Assembly: GCA_965655095.1 (NCBI GenBank)
Contig: OZ296648.1
Span: 85,126,001-85,190,000 of the forward strand
From: Haplodiscus bocki
Taxonomy: Eukaryota
DNA length: 64,000 nucleotides
Direction: 5' to 3'
The notes beneath the pieces are model-generated. The model made no database searches. It was not told where the DNA came from and saw only the letters and a list, made by a program, of their open reading frames with translations. How positions within the stretch are numbered: the first letter of the stretch is position 1; each line of letters starts with the position of its first letter. Shown in pieces: positions 24,379 to 36,300 of this stretch. Made by a program: the position numbers and the translations under genes.

Positions 24379-27300
24379 GTAAGGCCTTTTCCACAAATAG
24401 TTTCTTCATTAGGCCTGTTTTTAGTCGGCGCTTTTTAGAAGAAGCGCCCGACAATCACGGTGACATTTCTTTTTAGCCGGTGCTTTGAAACAATAGCCGA
24501 ATTACATTGAATATTTTTTGTCGCGCTTTGAAAAAAAAAGCCGACTACACTGAATTTTTGGTCAGACACTTCTCACTTCGAAATCGACATTTTTTTCTCA
24601 GTAAAAAAAATTTCTCTCGTAAAATTAAAGCACAAAATGCTACCAAGCACTCGTTTATCTGCCAAAAAAATTTCGCAACTGTTGACGGAAAATCGAGGGA
24701 TTACTGAACTTTTCAAGTATTGGCGGAAAAGGAGGAATTAATGAACTCGTTCGATTTATTTAAGTTGTCTTTCAAAACAAAATCTATGATTTCGGAAGAC
24801 TGATTGTAGTACCTGGTTTTGTAGTACGATATCCGCCATGCGAATTTCCGCCAATTAGGTCTGCCAACGCGCGAATGTTGGTGGATAATCGAGGGTGTAC
24901 TCAACTTCTTTTTTTTGGTATGGTAAGTTTTCTTCAGAACAACAAGTATGATTTCGAAAAATATTTGTAGTACCTGGTTTGCCCTCGAATTTCCGTCAAT
25001 TACGTCTACCAACGCACGAATATTGGAGGAAAGTCGAAAGTAGTATGTTTTTACAAGAATCTGAAATCAACGGGGGGAGGGGGGCTTGAGGTGCTGCAAA
25101 ATTTCCCCCAGACCGGGTTCGAACCTGCACAGACGGCGGGTTCGAATACGTTGGCTGGAGGTCCTAGCCACTCAACCACCGGACCATAATAGTTTGCAAT
25201 TGACCCCGCCGTCTGCGCAGGTTCGAATCCGGGCTCGGTAAAAATTTTAAAAATTTTGGAAGCAGCACCCCCCCCCCCCCGTTGATTTCACAGAGGCTTG
25301 TAAACACATACTACTGTCGAGAGTATACTGAACATCTCTGTTCGTATAATGGAAACTAAAATTATGGTTCCAAAAATAATCGCTGTACCTGGTTTTCGTC
25401 AAATATCTAGCCATTAGATCTCCCAACGCCAGAAGTTTGGCGGATAATCGATGGTTTGCTGAAGTTTTGTTCAATAGTACCGATTTTTTGAAAATTTTTC
25501 ATAGACACTAATATTTTAGCGAATAGTTTTTGAATTATGATTTTTATATTTTGGAAGAAGCATGATGTAAATTTGAATGAGCTATTCGAGAAATTGTCGC
25601 TACTAAATTTTATGACATTTGAAAATTGCTCGTTCATATTTTACCCTCACCTGAACGGAAATAGCCATATGCGGACTAACAGACGGCAAAAAAATAGTTG
25701 ACGAAAAAATAAACAAATAATATCCGCAAAAGGAAATGCAATAAAAATATATTCAAAGCGAATTTTTATTAAATTCCGCATGATCTGTAAAAAAATGAAT
25801 GAATCATGAAGCCAAACATATAGGATTTGGAGAGAGATGTTAAATTAGGGATTGCTACTGAATGGTTGCCTGTAGTCTTCAAATAATTTCTTTGTTAGAT
25901 TTCTCCTCACACCACGCACTGAAAGAAACAGCTACAGAAAGATTCAAGTGTTAGAAACTAAAAAAGAAGGAACCCCGAATAATTTCACAGAAACCATGAA
26001 AAAATATTCCTTGTACCACTCAATAATCACTCGGTTATCCGCCACATTGACTGCTCAAAATTGCTGCGCCAATCTTTGCTTGTGCAAACGCTATGTTTGT
26101 GACCTAGTAGATAGGACACAAGGTTTGCTAACGATTTGGGGATCTGATGTATACCCACTGCTCTTGAGTTGAGTTACGTAGCCTGCTGCATTGGTCAGTT
26201 ACCAGTCTAACAATTACCTATTTTACCAGACACCAAATGTTGGTTGTGGTCAATTTTTATTTTTTTTGTTGCTAAAAACTCAAATCGAGCTGTTTTGGTT
26301 ATTTCAATACTATCTTGTAAAATTCGAAGAATCGTATCTTTGAACTTGAAGCTCAAAATCGCCTTAATTTTGCAAAGAGAGACCAAAAACACTGCTTTTG
26401 ATGATATATCAAATTTTGGTTCCGTTCCAAAAATGTTTCGATCATTTCTTCAAAAATGTCGGAAATCAAGCTGACGTGGCTGTTTTGTCGATATTTCATC
26501 ATTTAGGTTTTCTGTCTCTTCACCTAATTTTTGCGATAGATCCTTCCGAGACAAAAAGAGTCCTTCCGAGGGCATAATCAGTTTTCTCGGCATGTTTTTT
26601 TTCTGCGAAAGATTTTAGCTATTTCAGAATATCCGAACATAATTGGCCAACATATCAAGACTTTTAATGCTTTGGTAGTCAACCTCCGAAGTGGCCTATT
26701 TTGAAAAATATAAACGTTTAAGTTGTTTGTTTTCTCGATAATTAGCTTTCTGATAGAAATTTCAAACTAGATTGTCTACTGAGTAATGCATCATAGCTCC
26801 GAAGGTGTAAAAGCTATCCCGTTTTTTTTCGTAAGATTAAACTGTTATTTGTTCGTTTACCTAGCAGTGCTTGATTACAATTAAATCGCCTTGTTTATAA
26901 GCCAATTTTGATTCCACTCTGAAAGAATTGAAATACTTTAGAAAGTATTGACCGTTGTTCTGTTCAATTTGTAACTTGATACTTTGATCAACAATAGTAG
27001 CATTGTTCCAAAAACAGCAAATTCAGCATGAGATTGAATTTTTGAGACCTAATCGGGGCTGAAATCTACTCAGGTAAACGAAACTATTGATAGATGAGAA
27101 GTAAAAGGGTCAAAAATGAGATGTTTGAACGTTTTCGAAAATCAATGTCATCATCAGAAATCTGAAAAAAAAGGTTCAAAATACTTACAAAAAATGCAAG
27201 AGAAAAAAATTAATTGAGCACCATAAAGTGTTGCAATTATATAGGCTAAAATAGCTTAGTTAAAAAATTTTCACCCTGAGGGTGATTTCCGGTGACCTGT

Positions 27301-30300
27301 ATTACCCATTCTGAGTGATGGGGGGCTGCCTTTTTGAGATATGGAGGGCTTCAAGAATCAAAAGTTTTGCGGGGATGTTCCTCTTGTCAAGAATCTCTAT
27401 GGTTGAATTTTCCCTTTATTGGCCACTATCTAAGAGGTTGGAACCGACATGACTAGGAGCCCAAGACTGCTCATGGAGTCCTGTTGGAAGGTGGCGGGTG
27501 GTCTGCCCGAGGTAGCTGGAGTTGCATCCAGAAAATTTGATGTGATAAACAACATGAGTCCGGAGTTTCATGGGGATCTTTGTCATAAAGAGCACTGTGG
27601 TCCCAACGGCTATTTTCAGCTTTTTCGCAAGTTTATCACTGGCACCTCCTCTGTAGTGCATGATGAACGGGGTCGTTTTTCTGTTGTTGCTGTTGTCGTC
27701 TCGTGGCACTCTCTTCCCAGTGCTTTAGATGTTAGTTTGTGAGACATCTCCGCACATTTGGATCGTAGATCTGCGGAGGATACTGTTTTTCTTCCCATGT
27801 TTTCAGTGCCTTAGAAAGTCCCTTGCCGAACATCTTCCAGGAGGAAGTGGCGTTGAAGGTACGGTGAACGGTGCCTTCAATGATGTTCCTTTTTTACAGC
27901 AGGGGAAACAATGATCTGAATAAAAGCAGCAGGCCGGTGTCAGTTGGTTCTAGGTACCAATCCATTGACAAGATACCTTTCTCCAGGCGGACACTCATGA
28001 CCAAGAACGGTATTTTCCCCACCTTCGAGGTGTTCGATCGTGAAGTGTAGATGGGGTTGCAGGGATTTTGCCACTTGGAGGATTTTGGGGATGTCTTCGA
28101 CCATGGCACTTTTTTTATCGTCCACGTACCTCGCAAAGATGCGTGCATTTGTCTCTTGCGTTGTGAGACAGCCTCCACAATGCCACTCTGATTTCGACAT
28201 CTTCTTTATTTACTGCACACTGAATGGCGAACAGCTTCGGTGGAACCAGAGACAACATTTTTTGCACTGTACCGAATACCCCCTCTTGGTTACCACCCTA
28301 TTGCACATTCCACAATTTTCCGCTTGAGAGATGTTGTGACTCACCTTAAGCTGCGATGACAGGTTCGAGCGGCATCGGCCAGAGGTTTGCTATTGATGAT
28401 CGAAATAAAATTATCAATAGAAAATGCATGAATAACGAAATAAAAGGGGCCAAAACAGGATGTATAAAATTCGAAACTTAATATTGCTTGAAAAATGGAA
28501 AACATTTTTTTGCTCTGATACTTTTCTGTTCTAGAGTTTCTGACTTTGAAGTCGATTTGCTGAAATATAGTAAACGATATTTATGCTTAGTTTTGTCGGA
28601 AAAGTCTAAGGTGTGAAAAAAATTTCGATAAAAGCTTGTCTTTAACTATTACGAAAAAACACAGAAACAGCGACTCACAGAATGTTCTCGCTAAACGCGA
28701 AAAGGCAGGATTGTGTGACCGCTAAACGCTAAATTCGTCTAAAGTATTTCGCTGAACAGTGGGAAACTTAAAGTCATTTATGGTTACATTTCTAAAAGAA
28801 ATTGTGATGCTTTTTTGGATCACTGCGGCTATCACTAGCAGTATAGTTGTTCAACTGAAGCGGCATTACTTGGAGGCTCTGCTAAAACTTTTTGGATCAA
28901 TTTTGAGAGCCCGTTTTCTGACTTGGATTTGAAATTCAACAACGTTTCGCTCACATGGTGGTGAAAGTGAATTATTACACTCACTAAAAACTGCTTCATC
29001 GCTAACGAAATTCGTTGAATTTGCCAAGTTGCTTCTTGTTAAAATACCGCTATCCGTTAACTCTATGCGATCTTGATCAAAAATGGCAAGAACAAAATTT
29101 TATTCAACATTAAGCTGAGCCAAATGCCCTAATTTTTTTCTACTGTTTTCTTTTTCTTAACGTGGAAAAGCTGGCGTGACTGCGCAGCTGAACGATAGGG
29201 AGGCGCAAATCTTATCTACTTTCATTCGTTTCTATTTGCTTTTTCGCTTGCCCCAAGCTATAGCGGTCACCGCTCTTAGGTATTTACTCTACGATTTCAA
29301 GTATATGACTCTGCAAGTAATTGATTCAATATTGAGAAGTTTATCACTTTAATTCGCATCTTGTTCTGGGTTTCTTCAAAATGGTTACCATTTTTCGCGT
29401 CGAAAAATTGTTGATTCCCAGAGCGTCGAAAATCGTTTTTCGACGTTTCGAGTGTTCGACGCTTTTGAAAATTTTGCTGAATTAACCCATTTCATTATTT
29501 TTTCACAACACGTGATAAATTCCTTAATTCCAATTTTTTCACAATTCAAAAATCTCTGCTTAATGGCTAGCATCCCTGATACCGCTGTGTTTCCGATCAT
29601 ATATTTACACATTACGCTGATAAGCTTAAGGCCTATAGATTTCACTTTATTCTTTCTTTTCACTTCAGAAATTTTTGTGACTGGCCAGCTAAGAGGCTGA
29701 ACGATGAAGTGAACGGAATAACTTCTTTTTACTTATTTACTTTCATTTCTATTTATTTTCAGTGCTTCCCCAGCTTAAGGGAACCTCACCAGTTACTCTT
29801 CCGTTTCAGAAAAATGTAGTGATTGCTTTAATTTTTTACACATTCTGACTGACAGCAAGAATGTATATTGAAACCGCCTAATGCTTGTTTTTTTTTTGGC
29901 CAAAACTTGCATTTTTTTGACATCAAAGAGTCTAATCTAGTGTAACCGGCCAAAAATGGCGTCTTTTGGAAGCTACTTGTTCATTTTCGCCTTATTTACT
30001 GGGCAAACTTCTCAAAAATTTGGTGGTGTAGTATTTCTGGTGTAGTATTTCTATAATTTCCAATCACTTCACCGAATAAAACATGAATTAGAAAAAGCGT
30101 GTCTCTATTCAAATTTTCACTTTTTGCACATTGTGACTGAATGCCAAATGTATGAAACCGGCCTATGCTTAATTTTTTTATCCTGTCCAAAACTTGCGTT
30201 TTTTTGTCATGAGAGAGTCTTGTCATCTGGTATAAACGGTCAAAAACATCCTTTTTTGGCAGTTGGTGTTTGATTTCCGCGTTGTTTGCTCTGCGAACTT

Positions 30301-33300
30301 CTTGAACATTTGGCAGCAAAATGCTGTGACCTGACTGAGATATTATTTTTTCTGATTAAAAGCATGTAACAGGTACTTATTCGTTTTCCTTTTTTTCCTG
30401 TGCTAACTTGAACACTGGGCAGAAAAATGGCGTTACCTGAGAAGACATGATTGTCATATCAATTTTTGGAATGGGACAGTGTGGCAGATATTTGTTCATT
30501 TCCCCCCTTTTTTGCCTGTGAAAACTTTTTAAACATTGGGCAGCAAAATGACGTAATCTGAAAAGACATGATTGACATCAAATGTTCAAGTAAAAGACCC
30601 TGTGAAAGTTACTTGTCCCAGTTTGATTTTTTCAAACATATTTGATGGACAGCTGGTGCTGTTTATTTAAAAAAGTAAATCACGTCCATCATGGTTTCAA
30701 TTATCTTTTGAGATCCTTCATCTCAACTGACAAGCCGGAATGTGTTGCAAAGTTCCGCCTCGCTTCTGTATTGCAAAAATATCATTTCAAGTCTCATTTT
30801 CCGCTTTGCCCAAAGATGTGAGGCCATTCTTGCTAAATTCGCTCAATTCCATGTTTACTTTTCTAAATTATTAGCGCTCAGTGCTGAGCATCCTGGATGC
30901 CTATGTTTTTATATGTAACGAACCATTCATTCTGCAATCAAATTTTACAATCTGTCAACTGCAAGATGAGCAAAAATTGCACGCAAAATTGTCATCGACA
31001 ACATTATAGAGGTTTAAATATCGAAGGATAGATTGGATATTGGTATTATTTGATTTCGACGCAGGGGTTTGGCAGTATGTTTTTTGTTTTAGCGACTTTC
31101 TTCTCCTTCCGGGTTACATAGATTTCACGGCGGATGAAGTGGTTGGTCATTCTATCTTTCATTCAAAATTTTTTAGGCATTAAGCTTGGCTTAATGTGCA
31201 TAGATTTTACTCATTTTTTCTTTGCAAGCTCTGACGTGACTGGTCGACTGAGTGAGGCTGAGCGATAGAGTGAAGCTTAAATTTTATGTGCTTTCATCCG
31301 TTTTTATTTACTCTTTCGCTTCCCCAAGATAGAGCGGACGCCACTTCTGTTTACTCTACTATTTCAAGTACAAATAATTGACTCAAAGAATGTGAAGATT
31401 TGTCATTTTAATTCACTTCTTGCTCTGGGCTTTTCAAAATGGTGACCATTCTTCGCGTCGAAAAAACGTTGATTTTCAAAGCGTTTTGAAGTTTGAAAAA
31501 TTTCCAGGCTTTGAATAGTTTTGCGTTTCTTCGACGCTTTGACTTTTTGACGCAGTGGGAATTTTAGTTGAATAAGCCCAATTGATATTTTTTCTTCTCA
31601 AATCGGTAATTTCGCTAATTCAAATTTGTTTTCACTTCTTAACTCCTAGCGCTTAATGCCTAGCATCCTTGATGCCTTTGTTTCATGTTTCTAATCACTC
31701 AATTCGTGTTTTTTAGGAGCTCAGTTCTCGGCTGACAAAGAAAATAGTGCTAAACTCTCCTTTTGTGTCATCTCCCATGGATACTGTCACTGAGTCTGAC
31801 ATGGCAATTGCTATGGCTGTTAGTTCACTCAGAATAAGCTTCAGTGTTCTCATGCAAGAACTGAACTCTCTCTGCTACCAGAAACCGTCGAACGAGATTG
31901 CTTATTAGTCACAGATTCGTCAAAAACTTTGACGAAGAGGTCTCACTCGAGAGGTTGCAAGATGACGTCAGCAGATGCAAAATGCTCTAAGTTGTAATAA
32001 GAATCACGTAGAAGCCCGATAGTGGTTTTTAACCTCCACTTCCAATACAAGAGTGCTTGATTTATGTGTTTTTTCGTAAAAAAAAAAACTGAGGGATTAT
32101 CTTTTGGCAAATCAATTTTCTAACTTCCCGGCCTAGGGGAGAAGGTGAAACTGCTACGAGTAGATATGTTGCGAGGTTGAATCTGGAACGCCATTTTCTA
32201 GTTGGGAAAATGTTGGAAACATGAAAACTATTTGATACCCCCTGCTTTTTTCCAGAATAATTTGGATCTATCGAACCTTCAAAACTTTTTTTTCGAAAAA
32301 AAATAAGCACACAAAATTTAAGAGTTACCCAAAGCTTGATGAATTCATGAAAAGCATTTCTGTCGTACTCCTTGATTATTCGAGACCGATGGGGAGAGGG
32401 CAGCTCCGATTTGAAGCGTTCTTGGCGTATCAAATTTTGTGGTGACGTTTGAATTCTTATGCTATCAAGAAGTCTATATCTGTATGTGTATGCCTGTGTA
32501 AGGGATATAATTTGGATTATTCGTTTTAGCTAACGGGAGGTGTTGGAATAATTCATCACAATTGCACTGCCGAGTTTCAGGCCAATGAAATCAGAAAAGT
32601 GAAGGTAAGTGTATATTAACACGCTTCTGTGATGAAAGTTGTTTGAGTCTTTTTAAGCGTTTGTTCATTTAGTTTGCGAAGCTTTCATTAGTCCGAATTC
32701 AATTGATTGCTCAATCAATAATTTAGACATCAAACTGTATTTGTTTTTCATTGCTGGAAATTTTCATTTTCTAGAAAATTTATAATTTCAGAATTTTTTT
32801 TGAATTTAACTTTTAATTTTTCTTCAAGAAATTTGAGCAAGGTTTCATCACAGACCCTATAGTGTTCCACCCGGCACAGACAGTGGGAGACGTGTTGGAG
32901 ATCAGAGCGAAGCATGGCTTCTCTGGCATTCCAATCACAGACACTGGCAAAATAGGAGGACGTCTCATGGGAATCGTCACTGCGAGAGACATCGACTTCT
33001 TACGTGGTCGTGAAAACCACAGAATTCCTGTCTCCGAGGTGTGCACAAAAGTATTGGGAACACACTTCTCGTTGATACCATGTGCTTTTAATTATTATAG
33101 AGCACTGTAGAAAGTATTTTTAGAAGGTAACACCAAATGTTTGCAGGTCATGACTCCGCGAAGTGAGTTGGTGGTTGGCTATTGTGATATCAACTTGAAC
33201 GAAGCCAACGTTCTGTTACAGAAAAGCAAAAAAGGTTAACAGTACATCAAATTTCCCTGTGAAGGACCTTGATATCTTTCCACAGTTCCAAGTTTTATTC

Positions 33301-36300
33301 CAATAGTGTTCAAAAATGTAACTGTTTGGCATATAGGAAAATTACCAATAATCAATGACAATGACGAGCTGGTTGCGTTGATTGCGAGAACTGATTTGAA
33401 GAAGAACAGAGAGTTTCCTTTGGCTTCGAAAGATCATCAGAAACAGCTCTTGTGTGGAGCAGCCATCGGGTCTAGAGAAGAAGACAGAAATCGACTGGAA
33501 CTACTTCTCTCCGCTGGTTGTGACGTAATTGTTATTGTTAGTTTCGCCACAATCAAAACAGCAATTTCTTTCTTTAGGTGAATGTATGATTGAAAACAAA
33601 AATTGTTTTGGCGTTGTGATGGCAAATTGATTTTTCTAAAAAAATGCAAGGTAATTGAATCCTCAGCATTTAAGGCCGATCTGTGGCTGGCTTCCTAAAA
33701 TTGTATAACAAGTCAATATAAGTTATATCTTCGGCCGCTTTGCGTTTTTGTACTCGATTTAATCTATGCTTTTACCTCAATTTTTTGAATTGTGCTGAAA
33801 TACTGAATTTAAAAGATTTATGTTTCAGGATTCGTCACAAGGGAACTCTATATTCCAACTGGACATGATCAAACATGTGAAGAGGAAGTACCCTGACGTG
33901 CAATTAGTTGGAGGCAATGTGGTCACTGCTGCCCAAGCAAAGAGTCTCATCGACGCTGGTGCCGACGCGCTTCGTGTAGGCATGGGGTCCGGATCCATCT
34001 GCATTACTCAGGTACTCATGCACTCAACAACTAAAGTTGTGTCATAAAGAAATACCGACTTAGTAATTTTCATTGAATCAATAAATAATAGACTTTCAGT
34101 ATAAATAAAGGTACCCTGAGAAAGCTCATTAAAAAGCTTATCAGATGCTTATCTTATTTGTTCAAGTAGTTATGGAAACAATTAGAAAATTCCGTTAGAA
34201 ATTGTCCTTTCTTAACCAAGTATGTTTTGCCTATAAGCACAAAATTTTTTACTGTTTGCCGCAAATTTCTCAACAATGCTAAATAAAATTCATTTACACA
34301 TTTTTGTTCGTTTGGATCTTTCCGAAAACTATTTATTTTACAGTTTTTCGGAAAATGATCTCTCGAATAGAATGCGTTGAAAAACGAGATCAAAATTTCT
34401 ATTTCCTATCTTTAAACATGTATTTCCTGTTTTCAGTGTCAAATAATTGAAAATTTTATTAGTTTTTGACCAAAATGCTACTGTCAAACCAAAACACTAA
34501 TCCCAGAATATTCAGGGGATTTTTTTGATCACAATATTTACCCGAAAATTCAGTTTCAGTTTGCGAAATTGTCAAAATTCTGTCAAATAATTAATTTTCC
34601 CCGAGAATATTATCATCTATGGAATTTCTCTAATATTTGTCCTAGGATTTTCAAACAAATACTGTTGTAATCTACATCAAAATTCTAGAAACTTTTTCTC
34701 CTGAGAGTTCTCTCTGAATTGATTAGTTTGCAAAATCTGAGTGCTCAAAATTGTCTAAAATGCACGCTGAGTCGCATTTCTCTATGACACCACTGTATAT
34801 CACGTCAATGAAACCTTCATGCAAACAAAAAGCAGCCGTTTTATTGGGACTACAGGAAGCTTGAAAACTTCAATTTAGGAATGTATTTAAGTAAATGGAC
34901 ATTCAATATGTAAACTCAAAACATATAACGGACTCCAAAGAAATAAACCTACCACTTTGGGACCAGGAAAGGTACCGTGTTTTGATTTAGTGGAAAAATT
35001 GTGATTTGAAATGTGCTTTATTTATTATTTTCCGCCATATTTACACTTGCGCAAGCAAGTGTTATAACCCACTCTTCAATTTTTTCCGATCCGTTCTGAA
35101 ATGACTTAAGTTCCTAGATTTTGACCAAAGAGGAGGGAGTGGCCTAAGCTTGAACCTGGGACCGTTCGCAGTCGCATCCTATACTGACTGACTGACTGAC
35201 TGGGCCATTGTCGCCTGAGACTTAGTGTTTTTTTTTCAAGAATATCAAGCGAATGAAATATTATAGCATTTGTTACGTGTATGTTGCCGTTCGTGCTCAT
35301 TACACTGTGGAAAAGTTTCTAAGAATAAACTGTGTTAATTTAATTTCTGTTTAATCAGTAGTTTTTTTAGTACCGTGACCTTTAAACAGTATTTTAAATA
35401 GTTATGATTTTCGATTTGTTCACTATTATTCCGTTGGCGCAAGTGTTGCGAAGCACAAATTCGCCTCTATGTTATAGTATGGGGTATTATCTCTCGCCTC
35501 GTGCGTTTTTCTTATATTTACTTGCCAGTTGCTCGGTTCTGTCAAATTTCGTAAATGTAACTTTTTGCACCCAATGTGCCCTAGAATGCGTCCTAAATAG
35601 TACAATATCTTCAAAAATATTCGAATCAGGAACATTTAGCAAATGTATAAAATGCGTATAAAAAGTTAATAATCCTAATTATTGCCTTTTTTCCCACTGG
35701 AATTTCGGGTTTTTTAAAATTTAGTGATTTTTTTCAACTTAGATAAAACTCAATTGTAGAATGTCTGTTCCCCAGTTGAGGAAAAACACATTTCTTACAA
35801 GATTATTGCTAATCTTACATTATTCTTGCAGAATCTTGCAAGAAACGCAATATGTTGTAACATTCTTCCAAATAATTGATTGCTTGCACGATTCTTGTAA
35901 GTGTCTTGCAAGGAATGTATTCCCTAAAAGAATCTTGCAAGAACTGTATTGCATTAAAGGATCTTGCAAGAAATGCATGGACTTGCAAGATCTTACAAGA
36001 ACTGCATTATCTTGCAGGAAGTATGTTTGTGGACGAATCTTGTAAGGTTCTTGCAAGAAATGTTTTTTTTTGCTCAACTAGGGTTTCATCTAAAGCACAT
36101 TGCCAACAAAGTTTGGGCGAAAAATATCCCGGTGGTAGCCGTGGTGTTGTATTTAAGTTCTGTGTCTTCAAGTTCGTGCCGGTGATATTGTTCATCGATA
36201 GACAGCCTTGAAACTAAAATCATTGTTCACTGTTGTGACAGGAAGTGATGGCATGTGGGAGAGCGCAAGCTACTGCAGTATATAAGGTCTCACAGTATGC

